Origin: Chiloscyllium plagiosum
Lineage: Eukaryota
Assembly (NCBI RefSeq): GCF_004010195.1
Contig: NC_057755.1
Span: 4,177,462 to 4,241,461, forward strand
DNA: 64,000 nucleotides
Direction of reading: 5' to 3'
This document shows, one piece after another, positions 13,401-27,400 of this stretch. The notes under the pieces are model-generated. The model ran no database searches. It saw nothing but the letters and a program-made list of their open reading frames with translations, and was not told where the DNA came from. The translations under genes were made by a program, and so were the position numbers. How positions within the stretch are numbered: position 1 is the stretch's first letter; each line of letters begins with the position of its first letter.

Positions 13401-16400
13401 CATGCATGAGCAGGATGTGACAGACAGAACGAAGAAATTCTACAACCAACATATTAGTGCTAAGCCCTGCAGCCTTGTCATATCCAGTCGTGAATGATCG
13501 TGAACAATTAAACAACTCATTGAGGAGGAGGCTCCACATATATCTGCAATAATCAACAATGGGAGAGCCCAGTAAATCAATGCAAAGCTAAGGCTAAACC
13601 CATTTGCAAAAGTCATTAGACAGAAATACTGATGGGTTGATCGATCTTGGCCTCCTATTGTGAATAAAGGCTAGGGCCTTGAAAACATTACAGCAATGGG
13701 ATAGATGACATGTGCACCAGAGCATGCGGTACCTATGGGCAAGCAGCACTGACATCTTACTGAAAGAGTGGAAATGTGCCCAGGTATGTGCTGTGCATAA
13801 ATAACAGGACAACGCCAACCCGGTGAATTCCCACCCAATCAACAGGATATCGATCATGAAAATGTGAATGAAAGCTTCATCAACAGTGCTACGAAGCAGC
13901 ATCTACATACCAATAACATGCTCAGTGTAACCACTCAGCTCCTGACCTCATTGCAGCCTTAGTCCAAAAATGAACAGAAAGAGTTGAATTCCAGAGGTGG
14001 GGTGAGGCTGACTGTAATTAACATCAAGGCTGTGTTTGGCCTGGTATGGCTTCAAGGAACCTGAGAAAAACTGGAGGCAATGGAAATCGGTGGAACTCTC
14101 CACTGGTGGAGTCATCCCCGGCAGAAAAGAAGAAATTTGTGGTTCTTTGAGATCAGTCACCACAGCTGCAGGGCATCTCTGCAGGAGTTCCTGAAAGGAG
14201 TGTCTTAGGCCTGACCACCTTCAGTAATTTCATCAATGGACTCCCCTCCATCACAGGGTCAGACATCGGGATATTAGCAAATGATTACACTGTGTTCAGT
14301 AGCTTTTGCGACTGCTCAGGTCCTGAAGCACTCCTTATCCAAATGCAGTGAGACCTGGACAATATCCAGGCTTGGGATGAAAAGTGGTAAATCGCATGCA
14401 ACACACATAAATGCCAGACAGTGATCAGTTCTAACAATAGAGAATCAAACAATCGCCCTGTGATATCAATGGGGTTACCGTTGCTGATTCCTCAACTATC
14501 AACATCTTGAGATTAGCATTGACCAGAAACTGAAGTTGACAATCCATTTAAATACAGTTGTAACAAGGTAGGACAGAAGCGAGGAATACTGCAGGCAATA
14601 ACTTACTTCCTGACTTCCAACTGTCCACCAAGTGAGAGGTCCAAATCAGAAGTGTGGTGGAACACTCCCCATTTGTCGAGATGAGTGAGGCTGCAACAAC
14701 ACTCAAGAAGCTTGACACTATCCGGGATAAAACAGTTCACTCGATGGTCACTACAACCATCTTATTTCCACCACTGACTCTAGTGGCAGCAATATGTACC
14801 AACTACCAGATGCATTGCAGAAATTCACCAAAGTTCCTCAAACAAACCTTCCAAACCCACAGTCATCTCAACGGATATGTGCAGCAGATACATAGGTTCT
14901 CCATGCACTACAAATTCCCATCCAAGTCAATCATCTTCCCTGTTTGGAAATATATCACCTTGCTGTAAGTATCTCTGCTTTACATTTCTTTATAAGAGAC
15001 AAAAAAAGTCTACATCTCCACCTCCTGTAAGCCCAGTCCTGAAGAAGGATTACATTCAAAACATCGACTTCTCCACCCGCTGATGCTGCCTGGCTTGCTG
15101 TGTTATTCCAGCCTCATGCCTGTCTATTTACAGCCCTTCATAACGGTATTGTGAGTCTATTACAGTACATAGAAAACAACAGTTCAGGAAAACAGCTCAC
15201 CAACACATTCTCAGCAGCCACTAGAGAGGAGCAATAAATGCTGACCCAACCAACCATGCCCATGAATGGATTAGAATTCATTAAAAATGTTGTCCAATCA
15301 TGACGAATGGTGGACACTGGGTTTGATGTTTTGTGAGTGGAAGCTGGTTGGTTGCAGGCGGTACCTTGCTTGTTGTGAAGAACTGAAGTGATATGCTGTT
15401 TGGAACAATCTGTCAGTCTTTCAGAGGTACCGCCTACATACGTACCATCACTCAGAACTGAGATTCATATCCCAGATTACTCACATGCGAGATAGATAGA
15501 ACCAATTTAATATGTCCTCGTATCTGGAATATTTAGAAACATAGTTAAATTATTGTCATGAAAACAATTAGGATGTGGAATATTTACATTCCAGGTAAAA
15601 ATAATAGGATATTATCAAAGTGCTTGGGCAAAGTAATAATTTGATCCTTGGTGCGATAAACAGACTCAGCATTGGTGCGCTATGTTTTCATTAGATTTCA
15701 ATCTGAAAATTGAACTCAACAAATGGGTGGATTTGTTCATTGGACAATCAAGTGGCTATGATCAAAGTATTTGTGATCTTCAATAACTAAACTTTGCTGT
15801 GAATGATAAATATGATATTGCAAACGTTTTCATAAAATTTCAAGTTTGAGTCACACACAATAATGTTAGTTGGGATCATGCTGGCCATTAATGTAGATGC
15901 ACAATGCTGTTCAGACACTGGGATTGTGGAGCTGATATACACTGGATATTGTTAATGAGCGATTCAATGCAAGTTGCCACGTAACCCATCACTTTTCGAA
16001 CACCTTCAGTAAGGGTCTGCTCTAAAGTGTAAAAGTATGAAGCTTATGTGACTCACTGGATGTCAAAAACATGGACAAACTTACGAGACATTGGCAGCTC
16101 ATTTGTATAAATGGTAAAAATTGCACTGAGCCTTGTGCTAGTCCATTGGCCAATCTGCTCCATGCACTTCCCCCTTGTTCCAGAACAGATTTAAATTGTC
16201 TGTTGTGAGGAAATGTTTGAATAACTGTCCAGATCCAGATTAGGAGCTGTCTGGAGATACTTAGGAGCTGGTCACTCTTTACCTGTGGTGCCAATGTTGT
16301 CGAGGAAGACTATATTTAAATTCCGGCTTTTCAATCGGATTAGTGATGTATATGTCGTGCAAAGATTATGTGTTTACTCATCTAAACATGATTCAGCTGT

Positions 16401-18627
16401 TTATTGCAATTATTGAACTGAGCAATAATCAGCTATTGAGGATCGTTACTAAATTTAGCAATAATTAGGTGTGCATTCTGATTACTGAAGTGAATAATCT
16501 TCAACTGAATAAAACCGTTATTTTGATTTGATCTTAAGAGCCAAAGAAACAAAGAGGGGTTTACTCATTATTGTATAAAACGTAAACCTGACCTGCAGTA
16601 TATTTCTCACAGACTAATCCAGCAACAATCAAACATAGTCACGCTCACAGAATCCCACATTCCAGATAATGTCCCGGACAAAACTAAGATAATCTCAGGG
16701 CAGGTTCGGTCCCATTGGCAGGACAGAGCCAGCAAAGGCTGCAGCTCTGTGGGATACAGTCGGGGAGGGGGGTACCCTGGAAGTGCTCAGAATTGATGCC
16801 TGTCCCCAGGAATCCTTCTGGCATCAGGTTAAACACGGACACAGAAACATTCTGCTGATTATCAATTATCACATTCCTCAAATTCCCCGTTGGAACACAA
16901 CATTGAATGTGGAAAATACAGAGAATGGACTCTGTGTGGGACGCTTCAGTGTCCATTACCAAGATAGGCTAAGCAGCCTGCTGGCACACTCCAAAATGCA
17001 CTGCCACGAATCTACCTGATCCACATTCTATAGATGCTGCATTATGTGAGGTGACACTGTCTCTGTGTGAAATGAGACAGACTTCAAACAGCTCAACCAA
17101 CTTATGACGAGATGTCCATGAAGTTTAGTGGGCCATCTGCAGCATCAGAATTATACCTTGCGCAGACAATCAGAGACCATCTGCTCAACAAAGCTGACTG
17201 GAGGTTTTGGATAGACTGGGGCGTTGTTTACTCTGGGGCATCAGAGGCTGAGGAAAGAATTTATCGAGGGGCATGGATAGGGTAAATAGTCAAAGTCTTT
17301 CACAGGGTAACGGAGTCTAAAACTAGAGGGCATAGGAATAAAGTGAGAGGGGAAAAAGTTCAAAGCGATCTGGCGGTGGTCTGTGTGTGTGGGGGGGAGG
17401 TTAATCCCTTGATGCAGAGGGTGGTGTATATAAGGAGCAAAGACATTTGGATGGATACATGAATAGGAGTGTTTGGAGGGGTATGGGTAAGGAGCAGGTG
17501 AGTGCGACCAGTTTAGTTTGGGAGTATGTTCAGCTTGGACAGGATGCATCGAAGGGTCTGTTTCCATGCTTTATGACCCTATGGCTCTATGGTGGAAGCT
17601 GGAAAAATTACAACATTGAAAAGGAATAGGAAGTCTTCAGAATGGTTCAATGAATAGTACAACAGGACATACAAACAGCAGAACTGAAAACAAATATACG
17701 AGGTTCCAACCTGGTGAAGCTACAGAACAGGACGACTTTTGTCTGCAACAAGTGACGGACAGAGATAAGCGATCAAACAACCAATGAAACTCTGCTTTCT
17801 TTCCACTGATGCTGCCAGACCTGCTGTGTTCCACCAGTAATTTCTGTTTTTGCATCGCATCAATGTTCTGCAGATTCAGGCTCTGGCATATTTACTCATA
17901 AAAAAATGGTGGACAATTAAAATCACTGGGTGAGAAGGCTGCTCTTCACCAACTAAACCCTCAGTTATGGGGGAGTCCAGGACATTAGTGCAAAAGGTAA
18001 AGCTGAAGCATTTACAATAATCCTCAATCGAAAATACCAAGCCATTCATTCATTTCAGCCTTCTCGTGAGGTCCCCATGTTCACAGATCCCAGTCTCCAG
18101 CCAATTCAATTCACTCTCCCTCATGTTATGGAATTAAAGGGGGCACTAAATACTGAAAAGGTTGTGGGTCCTGACAACTTAAATATCGAAAATTTGACAC
18201 CTACTGAGCCAATGTTTTCTTTTGTTACAACAGCACTGGCAGGTACCGAGAATGTGAAAAATTCCCAGGCAAGTTTTACACAGAAAAATCAGGGCCAATC
18301 TGATGTTGTGAATTAACGTCTCATCTGTCCATTCTCTAACATGGAAATGGGAAGGAAGGTGTCATTAACAGGGCTATCAAGCAATACCTGGTCAGCAATA
18401 ACCTGCTTACTGATGGCCAGTTTGAGTGCCACATGGACCATTTATTACATCCTTTTTTCAAAGAAGTTGAACTCGAGACGAGAAGGGAGAGGAACTCCCC
18501 TCAACTTCAAGGTACCATTTGACCAAGTGTGACACTAGGAGGCCAAGGAAAAACCACGGTCAATGAAAATCCAGAGAAAAGTCTCTGCTGGTTGCAGCAA
18601 TAACTAGCAAGAAGGAAGACTGTTGTT

Positions 18628-18772
18628 TTTTTTGTGTGTGTGTGATCCAGCTCCCTCAGAGCCAGCTCTCAAAGTGAACAGAGACTCAGATCCTTCTTAT
18701 GCCCCCAGACTACCGCCTAACTGTGGTAGTGCTTATTTTTCGCCTGCACCCATGTTGTGTGTGTGCAGGTGT
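18628..18772 (-). mobile_element. Short Tx1-family 3' end insertion with poly(A) and a 13-bp TSD
   Basis: TSD GAAGACTGTTGTT at 18615-18627 and 18773-18785. Sequence matches the 3' UTR at 34262-34310. Absent from the homologous site at ~30160. Confidence 0.75.
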
Positions 18773-19032
18773 GAAGACTGTTGTTATTGTTCATGTCAGC
18801 AATTTCACCTTCAGGACATCTCTGCAAGAGTTCCTCAGGAAATGTTCTGGGTCTAACCATTTACACCGACATCATCAATGAACGTTCAGAGGCCCATCAA
18901 TAAGCAATGTTAATATAGTGTTTTGAACGTAGCTGCTTTCCAAGTAGTTAACCCGGGTTCAATTACTGGCCATTGCATGGTTGCAATTTTAAATTCACCA
19001 CCAAGAGGATTGATGAAGATAGGGCAGTGAAT

Positions 19033-19220
19033 AGAACATAGAACATAGAACATATAGAACATAGAACATAGAACATAGAATATAGAACATAGAACATAGA
19101 AGAATACAGCGCAGTACAGGCCCTTCGGCCCTCGATGTTGCGCCGATCCAAGCCCACCTAACCTACACTAGCCCACTATCCTCCATATGCCTATCCAATG
19201 CCCGCTTAAATGCCCATAAT
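19033..19220 (-). mobile_element. LINE/SINE 3' end with an (AGAACAT)n tail, interrupted by the satellite
   Basis: About nine AGAACAT units followed by sequence homologous to 212-350. Confidence 0.75.
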
Positions 19221-22200
19221 GGTACCAGCCCCGGTATGATGTACCAGCCTCGGTATGACGTACCAGCCTCGGTATGATGTACCAGCCTCGGTATGACGTA
19301 CCAGCCTCGGTATGATGTACCAGCCTCGGTATGACGTACCAGCCTCGGTATGATGTACCAGCCTCGGTATGACGTACCAGCCTCGGTATGATGTACCAGC
19401 CTCGGTATGACGTACCAGCCCCGGTATGATGTACCAGCCCCGGTATGACGTACCAGCCTCGGTATGATGTACCAGCCTCGGTATGACGTACCAGCCTCGG
19501 TATGATAGACCAGTCTTGATATAACGTACCAGCCTCGTATGATCTACTAGCCTTGGCATAATGTACCAGTCTTGATATATACTGTACCAGCCTCGGTATA
19601 ACATACCAGCCTCGGTATAACGTACCAGCCCCGGTATGACATACCAGCCTCGGTATAATATACCAATCTCGGTATGATGTACCAGCCTCGGTAGGACGTA
19701 CCAGCCTCGGTATGACGTACCAGCCTCGGTATGACGTACCAGCCTCGGTATGATGTACCAGACTCGGTATGATGTACCAACCTCGGTATGACGTACCAGC
19801 CGCGGTATAACGTACCAGCCTCGGTATAACGTACCAGCCTCGGTATGACGTACCAGCCTCGATATGACGTACCAGCCTCGGTATAACGTACCAGACTCGA
19901 TACAACGTACCAGCCTCGGTATGATGTACCAGCCTCGGTATGATGTACCAGCCTCGGTATAATGTACCAGCCTCAGTATGATGTACCAGCCTCGGTATAA
20001 CGTACCAACCTCGGTATGACGTACCAACCTCGGTATGACGTACCAGCCTCGGTATGATGTACCAGCCTCGATATAACGTACCAACCTCGGTATAATGTAC
20101 CAGCCTCGGTATGATGTACCAGCCTCGGTATAACGTACCAGCCTCGATATAACGTACCAACCTCGGTATGACGTACCAGCCTCGGTATAACGTACCAACC
20201 TCGGTATGACGTACCAGCCTCGGTATGATGTACCAGCCTCAGTATGACGTACCAGCCTCGATATAACGTACCAACCTCGGTATAATGTACCAGCCTCGGT
20301 ATAATGCACCAGCCTCAGTATGACGTACCAACCGCGGTATAATGTACCAGCCACGGTATAATGTACCAGCCTTGGTATAACGTACCAGCCTCGATATAAC
20401 GTACCAACCGCGGTATAATGTACCAACCGCGGTATAATGTACCAGCCTTGGTATAACGTACCAGCCTCGATATGACGTACCAGCCTCGGTATAATGTACC
20501 AGCCTCGGTATGACGTACCAGCCTCGGTATGACGTACCAGCCTCGGTATAACGTACCAGCCTCGATATAATGAACCAACCGTGGTATAATGTACCAGCCA
20601 CGGTATAATGTACCAGCCTTGGTATAACGTACCAGCCCCGGTATGACGTACCAGCCTCGGTATAATGTACCAAACTCGATATATCGTAACAGCCTCAGTA
20701 TAATGTACCAGCCTCGGTATAATGTACCAACCTCGGTATGACGTACCAGCCTCGGTATGACGTACCAGCCTCGGTATAATATACCAAACTCGATATATCG
20801 TAACAGCCTCAGTATGATGTACCAGCCTCGGTATGACGTACCAGCCTCGGTATAACGTACCAGCCTCGGTATAACGTACCAGCCTCGGTATGACGTACCA
20901 GCCTCGGTATGATGTACCAACCTCGGTATGATGTACAAGCCTCGGTATAACGTACCAGCCTCGGTATAACGTACCAGCCTCGGTATAACGTACCAGCCTC
21001 GGTATAATGTACCAGCCTCGGTATGACGTACCAGCCTCGGTATGACGTACCAGCCTCGGTATGACGTACCAGCCTCGGTATAACGTACCAGCCTCGGTAT
21101 GACGTACCAGCCTCGGTATGACGTACCAGCCTCGGTATAACGTACCAGCCTCGGTATGATGTACCAGCCTCGGTATGACGTACCAGCCTCGGTATGACGT
21201 ACCAGCCTCCGTATGACGTACCAGCCTCGGTATGACGTACCAGCCTCCGTATGACGTAGCAGCCTTGGTATGCCGTACCAGCCTCGGTATGACGTACCAG
21301 CCTTGGTATGCCGTACCAGCCTCGGTATGACGTACCAGCATCGGTATGACGTACCAGCATCGGTATAATGTACCAGCCTCGGTATGACGTACCAGCCTCG
21401 GTATAATGTACCAGCCTCGGTATAATGTACCAGCTTTGGTATGATGTACCAGCTTCAGTATAATGTACCAGCCTTGGTATGACGTACTGCCTCGGTATAA
21501 TGTACCAGCCTTGGTATGACGTACCAGCCTCGGTATAATGTACCTGCCTCGGTATGACGTACCAGCCTCGGTATAACATATCAGCCTTGGTATGACGTAC
21601 CAGCCTCGGTATAATGTACCTGCCTCGGTATGACGTACCAGCCTCGGTATGACGTACCAGCCTCGGTATAACGTACCAGCCTCGGTATAACGTACCAGCC
21701 TCGGTATAATGTACCAGCCTCGGTATGACGTACCAGCCTCAGTATGACGTACCAGACTCGATATGACGTACCAGCCTCGGTATGATGTACCACCCTCGGT
21801 ATAATGTACCAGACTCGATATGATGTACCAGCCTTGGTATAACGTACCAGCCTCAATATGACGTACCAGCCTCGATATGATAGACCAGTCTTGATATAAC
21901 GTACCAGCCTCGGTATGATCTACCAGCCTCGGTATGATGTACCAGCCTCGGTATAATGTACCAGCCTCGGTATAATGTACCAGCCTCGGTATGATGTACC
22001 AGCCTCGGTATAATGTACCAGCCTCGGTATAACGTACCAGCCTCGGTATGATGTACCAGCCTCGGTATAACGTACCAACCTCGGTATAACATACCAGCCT
22101 CGGTATAACGTACCACCCTTGATATGATATACCAGCTTTGGTATAACGTACCAGCCTCGGTATAACGTACCAGCCTCAGTATGACGTACCAGCCTCAGTA

Positions 22201-23888
22201 TAACGTACCATCTCGATATAACGTACCAGCCTCGGTATAACGTACCATCCTCGGTATGACGTACCAGCCTCGGTATGACGTACCAGCCTCGGTATAATGT
22301 ACCAGCTCGGTATGATGGACCAGTCTTGATATAACGTACCAGCCTCGGTATGATCAACCAGCCTTGGCATAATGTACCAGTCTCGATATAATGTACCAGA
22401 CTCATATAACGTACCAGCCTTGTATAACGTACCACCCTCGATATGACGTACCCGCCTCAGTATGACATACCAACCACGGTATAAAATACCACTCTTGATA
22501 TAACTTATCAGTTTCAGAATGACATACCAGCCTCGGTACGACGTACCAGCCTCGGTATAATGTACCAACCTCGGTATAATGTACCAACCTTGGTATGATG
22601 TACCAGCCTCGGTATAATGTACCAACCTCGGTATAATGTACCAACCTTGGTATGATGTACCAGCCTCGGTATGATGTACCAGCCTCGGTATAATGCACCA
22701 ACCTTGGTATGATGTACCAGCCTCGGTATAACGTACCAGCCTCGGTATAACGTACCAACCTCGGTATGACGTACCAGCCTCGGTATAATGTACCAGCCTC
22801 GGTATGACGTACCAGCTTCAGTATGATGTACCAGCCTCGGTATAATGTACCAGCCTTGGTATGACGTACCAGCCTCGGTATAACGTACCAACCTCGGTAT
22901 GACGTACCAGCCTCGGTATAATGTACCAGCCTCGGTATAATGTACCAGCCCCGGTATGACGTACCAGCCTCGGTATAATGCACCAGCCTCGGTATAATGT
23001 ACCAGCCTTGGTATAACGTACCAGCCCCGGTATGATGTACCAACCTCGGTATAACGTACCAGCCTCGATATGACGTACCAGCCTCGTATAACGTACCACC
23101 CTCGATATGACGTACCCGCCTCAGTATGACATACCAATCACGGTATAAAATACTACTCTTGATATAACTTATCAGTTTCAGAATGACATACCAGCCTCGG
23201 TATGACGTACCAGCCTCGGTATAATGTACCAACCTCGGTATAATGTACCAACCTTGGTATGATGTACCAACCTCGGTATAATGTACCAACCTTGGTATGA
23301 TGTACCAGCCTCGGTATAATGTACCAACCTCGGTATAATGTACCAACCTTGGTATGATGTACCAGCCTCGGTATGATGTACCAACCTTGGTATGATGTAC
23401 CAGCCTCGGTATGATGTACCAGCCTCGGTATAACGTACCAGCCTCGGTATAATGTACCAGCCTCGGTATAATGTACCAGCCTTGGTATAACGTACCAACC
23501 TCGGTATGACGTACCAGCCTCGGTATGACGTACCAGCCTCGGTATAATGTACCAGCCTCGGTATGACGTACCAGCTTCAGTATAATGTACCAGCCTCGGT
23601 ATAATGTACCAGCCTCGGTATAATGTACCAGCCTCGGTATGACGTACCAGCTTCAGTATAATGTACCAACCTCGGTATGACGTACCAGCCTCGGTATAAC
23701 GTACCAACCTCGGTATGACGTACCAGCCTCGGTATAACGTACCAACCTCGGTATGATGTACCAGCCTCGGTATAATGTACCAGCCTCGGTATAATGTACC
23801 AGCCCCGGTATGACGTACCAGCCTCGGTATAATGCACCAGCCTCGGTATAATGTACCAGCCTTGGTATAGCGTACCAGCCCCGGTATG
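19221..23888. repeat. 19-bp tandem satellite, consensus GTACCAGCCTCGGTATRAY; runs into a gap
   Basis: Roughly 245 contiguous units. The 19-aa periodicity of the minus-strand ORFs confirms a 19-bp unit. Confidence 0.98.
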
Positions 23889-24440
23889 NNNNNNNNNNNN
23901 NNNNNNNNNNNNNNNNNNNNNNNNNNNNNNNNNNNNNNNNNNNNNNNNNNNNNNNNNNNNNNNNNNNNNNNNNNNNNNNNNNNNNNNNNNNNNNNNNNNN
24001 NNNNNNNNNNNNNNNNNNNNNNNNNNNNNNNNNNNNNNNNNNNNNNNNNNNNNNNNNNNNNNNNNNNNNNNNNNNNNNNNNNNNNNNNNNNNNNNNNNNN
24101 NNNNNNNNNNNNNNNNNNNNNNNNNNNNNNNNNNNNNNNNNNNNNNNNNNNNNNNNNNNNNNNNNNNNNNNNNNNNNNNNNNNNNNNNNNNNNNNNNNNN
24201 NNNNNNNNNNNNNNNNNNNNNNNNNNNNNNNNNNNNNNNNNNNNNNNNNNNNNNNNNNNNNNNNNNNNNNNNNNNNNNNNNNNNNNNNNNNNNNNNNNNN
24301 NNNNNNNNNNNNNNNNNNNNNNNNNNNNNNNNNNNNNNNNNNNNNNNNNNNNNNNNNNNNNNNNNNNNNNNNNNNNNNNNNNNNNNNNNNNNNNNNNNNN
24401 NNNNNNNNNNNNNNNNNNNNNNNNNNNNNNNNNNNNNNNN
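23889..24440. other. Assembly gap
   Basis: N run. Confidence 1.
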
Positions 24441-25062
24441 TGAAGGTCGTGTCTCGGACTGGTGCCCTGGTGCTCCTGGTGAGCCACAGGGTTTGGTGCT
24501 GTGACCTTCGGCATTTGTTACTTGTATAAATGATCAGCATGATGAGTAAGTTTGCAGATGATACAAAATTAGGAGGTATCATTGATAGCGAGGAAGATTG
24601 TCAAAGATTGCAGGGATGTGGGCTGACGATTGGCAAACACAATGCAATTCAGATAAATGTGAGGTGTTGTACTTTAGAAAGTCAATCCAAGGTAGAACTT
24701 ACACCGTAAATGCTAAGGTCCTGAACAGTGTTGTGGAACAGAGGGACCCAGGAGTACAATTACATAGTCCTTGGAATGTGGGGAAAAAGGTAGACAGGAT
24801 GTTGAAGAAGGCATCTAGCATGCTGGCTTACATTGGTCAAAGCAACGAGTATAGGAGTTGGGATATTATGTTACAGCTGTATAAGTCATTGGTGATGTTG
24901 CACTCGGAGTATTGTGTTCAGTTTTGGTCACCCTGTTGCAGGAAAGACACAAATAATATTGGAAAGATTTGCCAAGATGTTACCAGAATTAATCGACCTG
25001 AGTTATAGGGAGAGGTTGGCCAGGAGAGGACTTTATTCCTTGTATTGAGGAGAACGAGGGGT
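24441..25062 (+). mobile_element. CR1 LINE RT 3' region relic
   Basis: SKFADDTK...WQTQCNSDKCEVLYF...LYKSLV..HSEYCVQFWSP. Confidence 0.9.
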
Positions 25063-25562
25063 NNNNNNNNNNNNNNNNNNNNNNNNNNNNNNNNNNNNNN
25101 NNNNNNNNNNNNNNNNNNNNNNNNNNNNNNNNNNNNNNNNNNNNNNNNNNNNNNNNNNNNNNNNNNNNNNNNNNNNNNNNNNNNNNNNNNNNNNNNNNNN
25201 NNNNNNNNNNNNNNNNNNNNNNNNNNNNNNNNNNNNNNNNNNNNNNNNNNNNNNNNNNNNNNNNNNNNNNNNNNNNNNNNNNNNNNNNNNNNNNNNNNNN
25301 NNNNNNNNNNNNNNNNNNNNNNNNNNNNNNNNNNNNNNNNNNNNNNNNNNNNNNNNNNNNNNNNNNNNNNNNNNNNNNNNNNNNNNNNNNNNNNNNNNNN
25401 NNNNNNNNNNNNNNNNNNNNNNNNNNNNNNNNNNNNNNNNNNNNNNNNNNNNNNNNNNNNNNNNNNNNNNNNNNNNNNNNNNNNNNNNNNNNNNNNNNNN
25501 NNNNNNNNNNNNNNNNNNNNNNNNNNNNNNNNNNNNNNNNNNNNNNNNNNNNNNNNNNNNNN
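25063..25562. other. Assembly gap
   Basis: N run. Confidence 1.
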
Positions 25563-27400
25563 AATGAAAACACCGGGGCTTTTTAACTTCTCTGTCCCCT
25601 TGAAGGGTTTCCTTTTTATTCTGTGGTATGTTATCCCTACAATCTTCACCAAGATCTACCTTTCCTTTCCGCATCAGGATTTCTCTTTTCCACATTTTCT
25701 GTCGCTCATGGACTGAAACTGATATTGGAAGCCAATCTTTGATATCTGGACAAACGCATGTTCATCATTTTGCCATTTTCACTCTCAGCTCTTCCTCTTG
25801 AGATCTCACTCCTTCAGGAAGAGAATTTTTGAACCCCTCCAAAATAATTGTATCTCTAAGAACATCGTAGGTTTGCTCTATTTTTTAAAATATCCTTATC
25901 CACCTGCAAAAATTATTTTGTTTGATCCTTTCAAACTCAGTTTAGGTTTGACCGGGGTCCCTCCGTAGATTCCTGGAACGTTGCCTGTTGGCTTCTAGCA
26001 CAAGCTCCTATGCACTTAAGCTGGCTTTATTCACCTCCTCGTACTCCCCAGACACCTCCTCTGACAGCTCACTCGCTCTCCCTACATGTTTTGTTTGGAT
26101 CAACAAAATCCACATGGTCACGGATCACTACATTTGTTTCGCTACCTTTTCAAGTGAGATGGAAAAGGCTTCCACATCCTTCTCATTGAATTTAGAAATT
26201 AATTGTATCTATTTAAACCGTTTCGCACCCGGCCTTTGTTTACCATGGGTTTGCGCATTCTCACAAAGTTTACCTTCCGCCTTCATCTCCATCCTTTTAA
26301 GCTGACTTTCCTGTCTCAGTGTCACTTTCTGAAGTTTAACCTCCCTCTCTTGCTTCCCTTCCTTTCCTCTCTCGCCTTTCCTTCCTCTTTCTCTCTCTTG
26401 CCTCTCTCTTTCTCTGTTTTTCCCTTCTTGTTCTGAGAAGCGGTTCGTTCTTTTTCTCTTTCCTCTGTTGAAGTAATAATTCAAACTGTTTCGTTTCTGC
26501 TGCCCTTGCCTTGTCTCTTGCCTCTCACTCAAGCTGCTACATTTTCAATTGAACATTAGCCATCTCTAAAGATTCTGATGGCGTTTCCAGTGAATGTAAA
26601 CGCTGAGCTACTGCTGTCCTTTCCTCACGGAAGGAGGCAGCTCCAACCCCATCCTGCCATAATTCTATCAGTTTGGTCTTAATTACTTATTGCAAAACCC
26701 CAAGGTCACCTCTTCCACCTGCAGAGAACCTTTGGTGACTGAAAGAGCCATTGTTATCCCAAGCACAGTTTAAGCCAACTGAGTTCAACCTCCAGAACAA
26801 AAGATTGTAACGCCCACCACCCGCTGAGACCAACAACCCTGATCTCAAATCAAAACAATGGAACAAATTCCAGATGAGACCCCAATCTGTAATGTACCAG
26901 GCCAGAGCCCTCCAAACATTTCAAGAAGGTAGCTCAGACTCTCACTGTGTTAGTTGTTTTAAGCAGGTGTACAGCGGATATTCCAGGAGAGATGCAGTTG
27001 CCCTCACCACTTAGTTTGAAACAAAATAGAATTTATTTAAAAGATGTCCAAATGAAGCAGACACAAAAGAGAACAGAATACAGAATAACTTAACCTCTCT
27101 GAAAACCCAACAGATTATCCCAACTTAATGATGCTGTCCCAATACTTGCAACAACTCCCATCAACACTCCTTGGTACAAAGGAGAAAATCAAACCCAGGG
27201 TGTTAGAGGAGAGAAGGTAGATACAGGATCAGTCAGGACCTGCTTCTGTGGGTCCAGCAGCTTCAAAACAAGACTGCTAAAACTCAAACCAAACCAGAGC
27301 TCAGAGAACGGGCTACTCCCCCTTCATTGGACAACGGTTTTATTTTCAAAACCTCGGAAGCCTGTTGGCTGAGAGAAATCCAAGTTAATGTTTCATTGCC
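25563..27400 (-). mobile_element. Second Gmr1-like SCAN-gag Gypsy relic with LTR from 26888 and a Pro-like PBS
   Basis: Homologous to 1040-3296. Minus strand reads YEEVNKASLSA*ELVLEANRQRSRN...IKQNNFCRW, followed by a coiled-coil E/R-rich stretch. Confidence 0.75.

Larger units (their letters stand above)
11790..25062 (+). repeat. Left arm of an old inverted segmental duplication (partner ~29150-38230)
   Basis: Colinear reverse-complement matches: 15300-15900 with 33290-34380, 16000-17200 with 31600-32950, 18300-19030 with 29915-30500, 24460-25060 with 29150-29760. Confidence 0.85.

Noticed and set aside
19168..23888. Long minus-strand ORFs (330-711 aa) as a repetitive protein, or the array as CRISPR
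   Set aside because: The ORFs result from a 19-bp unit lacking stops on one strand, with no unique domain. There are no spacers, and the DNA is eukaryotic.
23153..25716. ORFs with X runs (also 50715-51522 and 52892-53122)
   Set aside because: They span assembly gaps.
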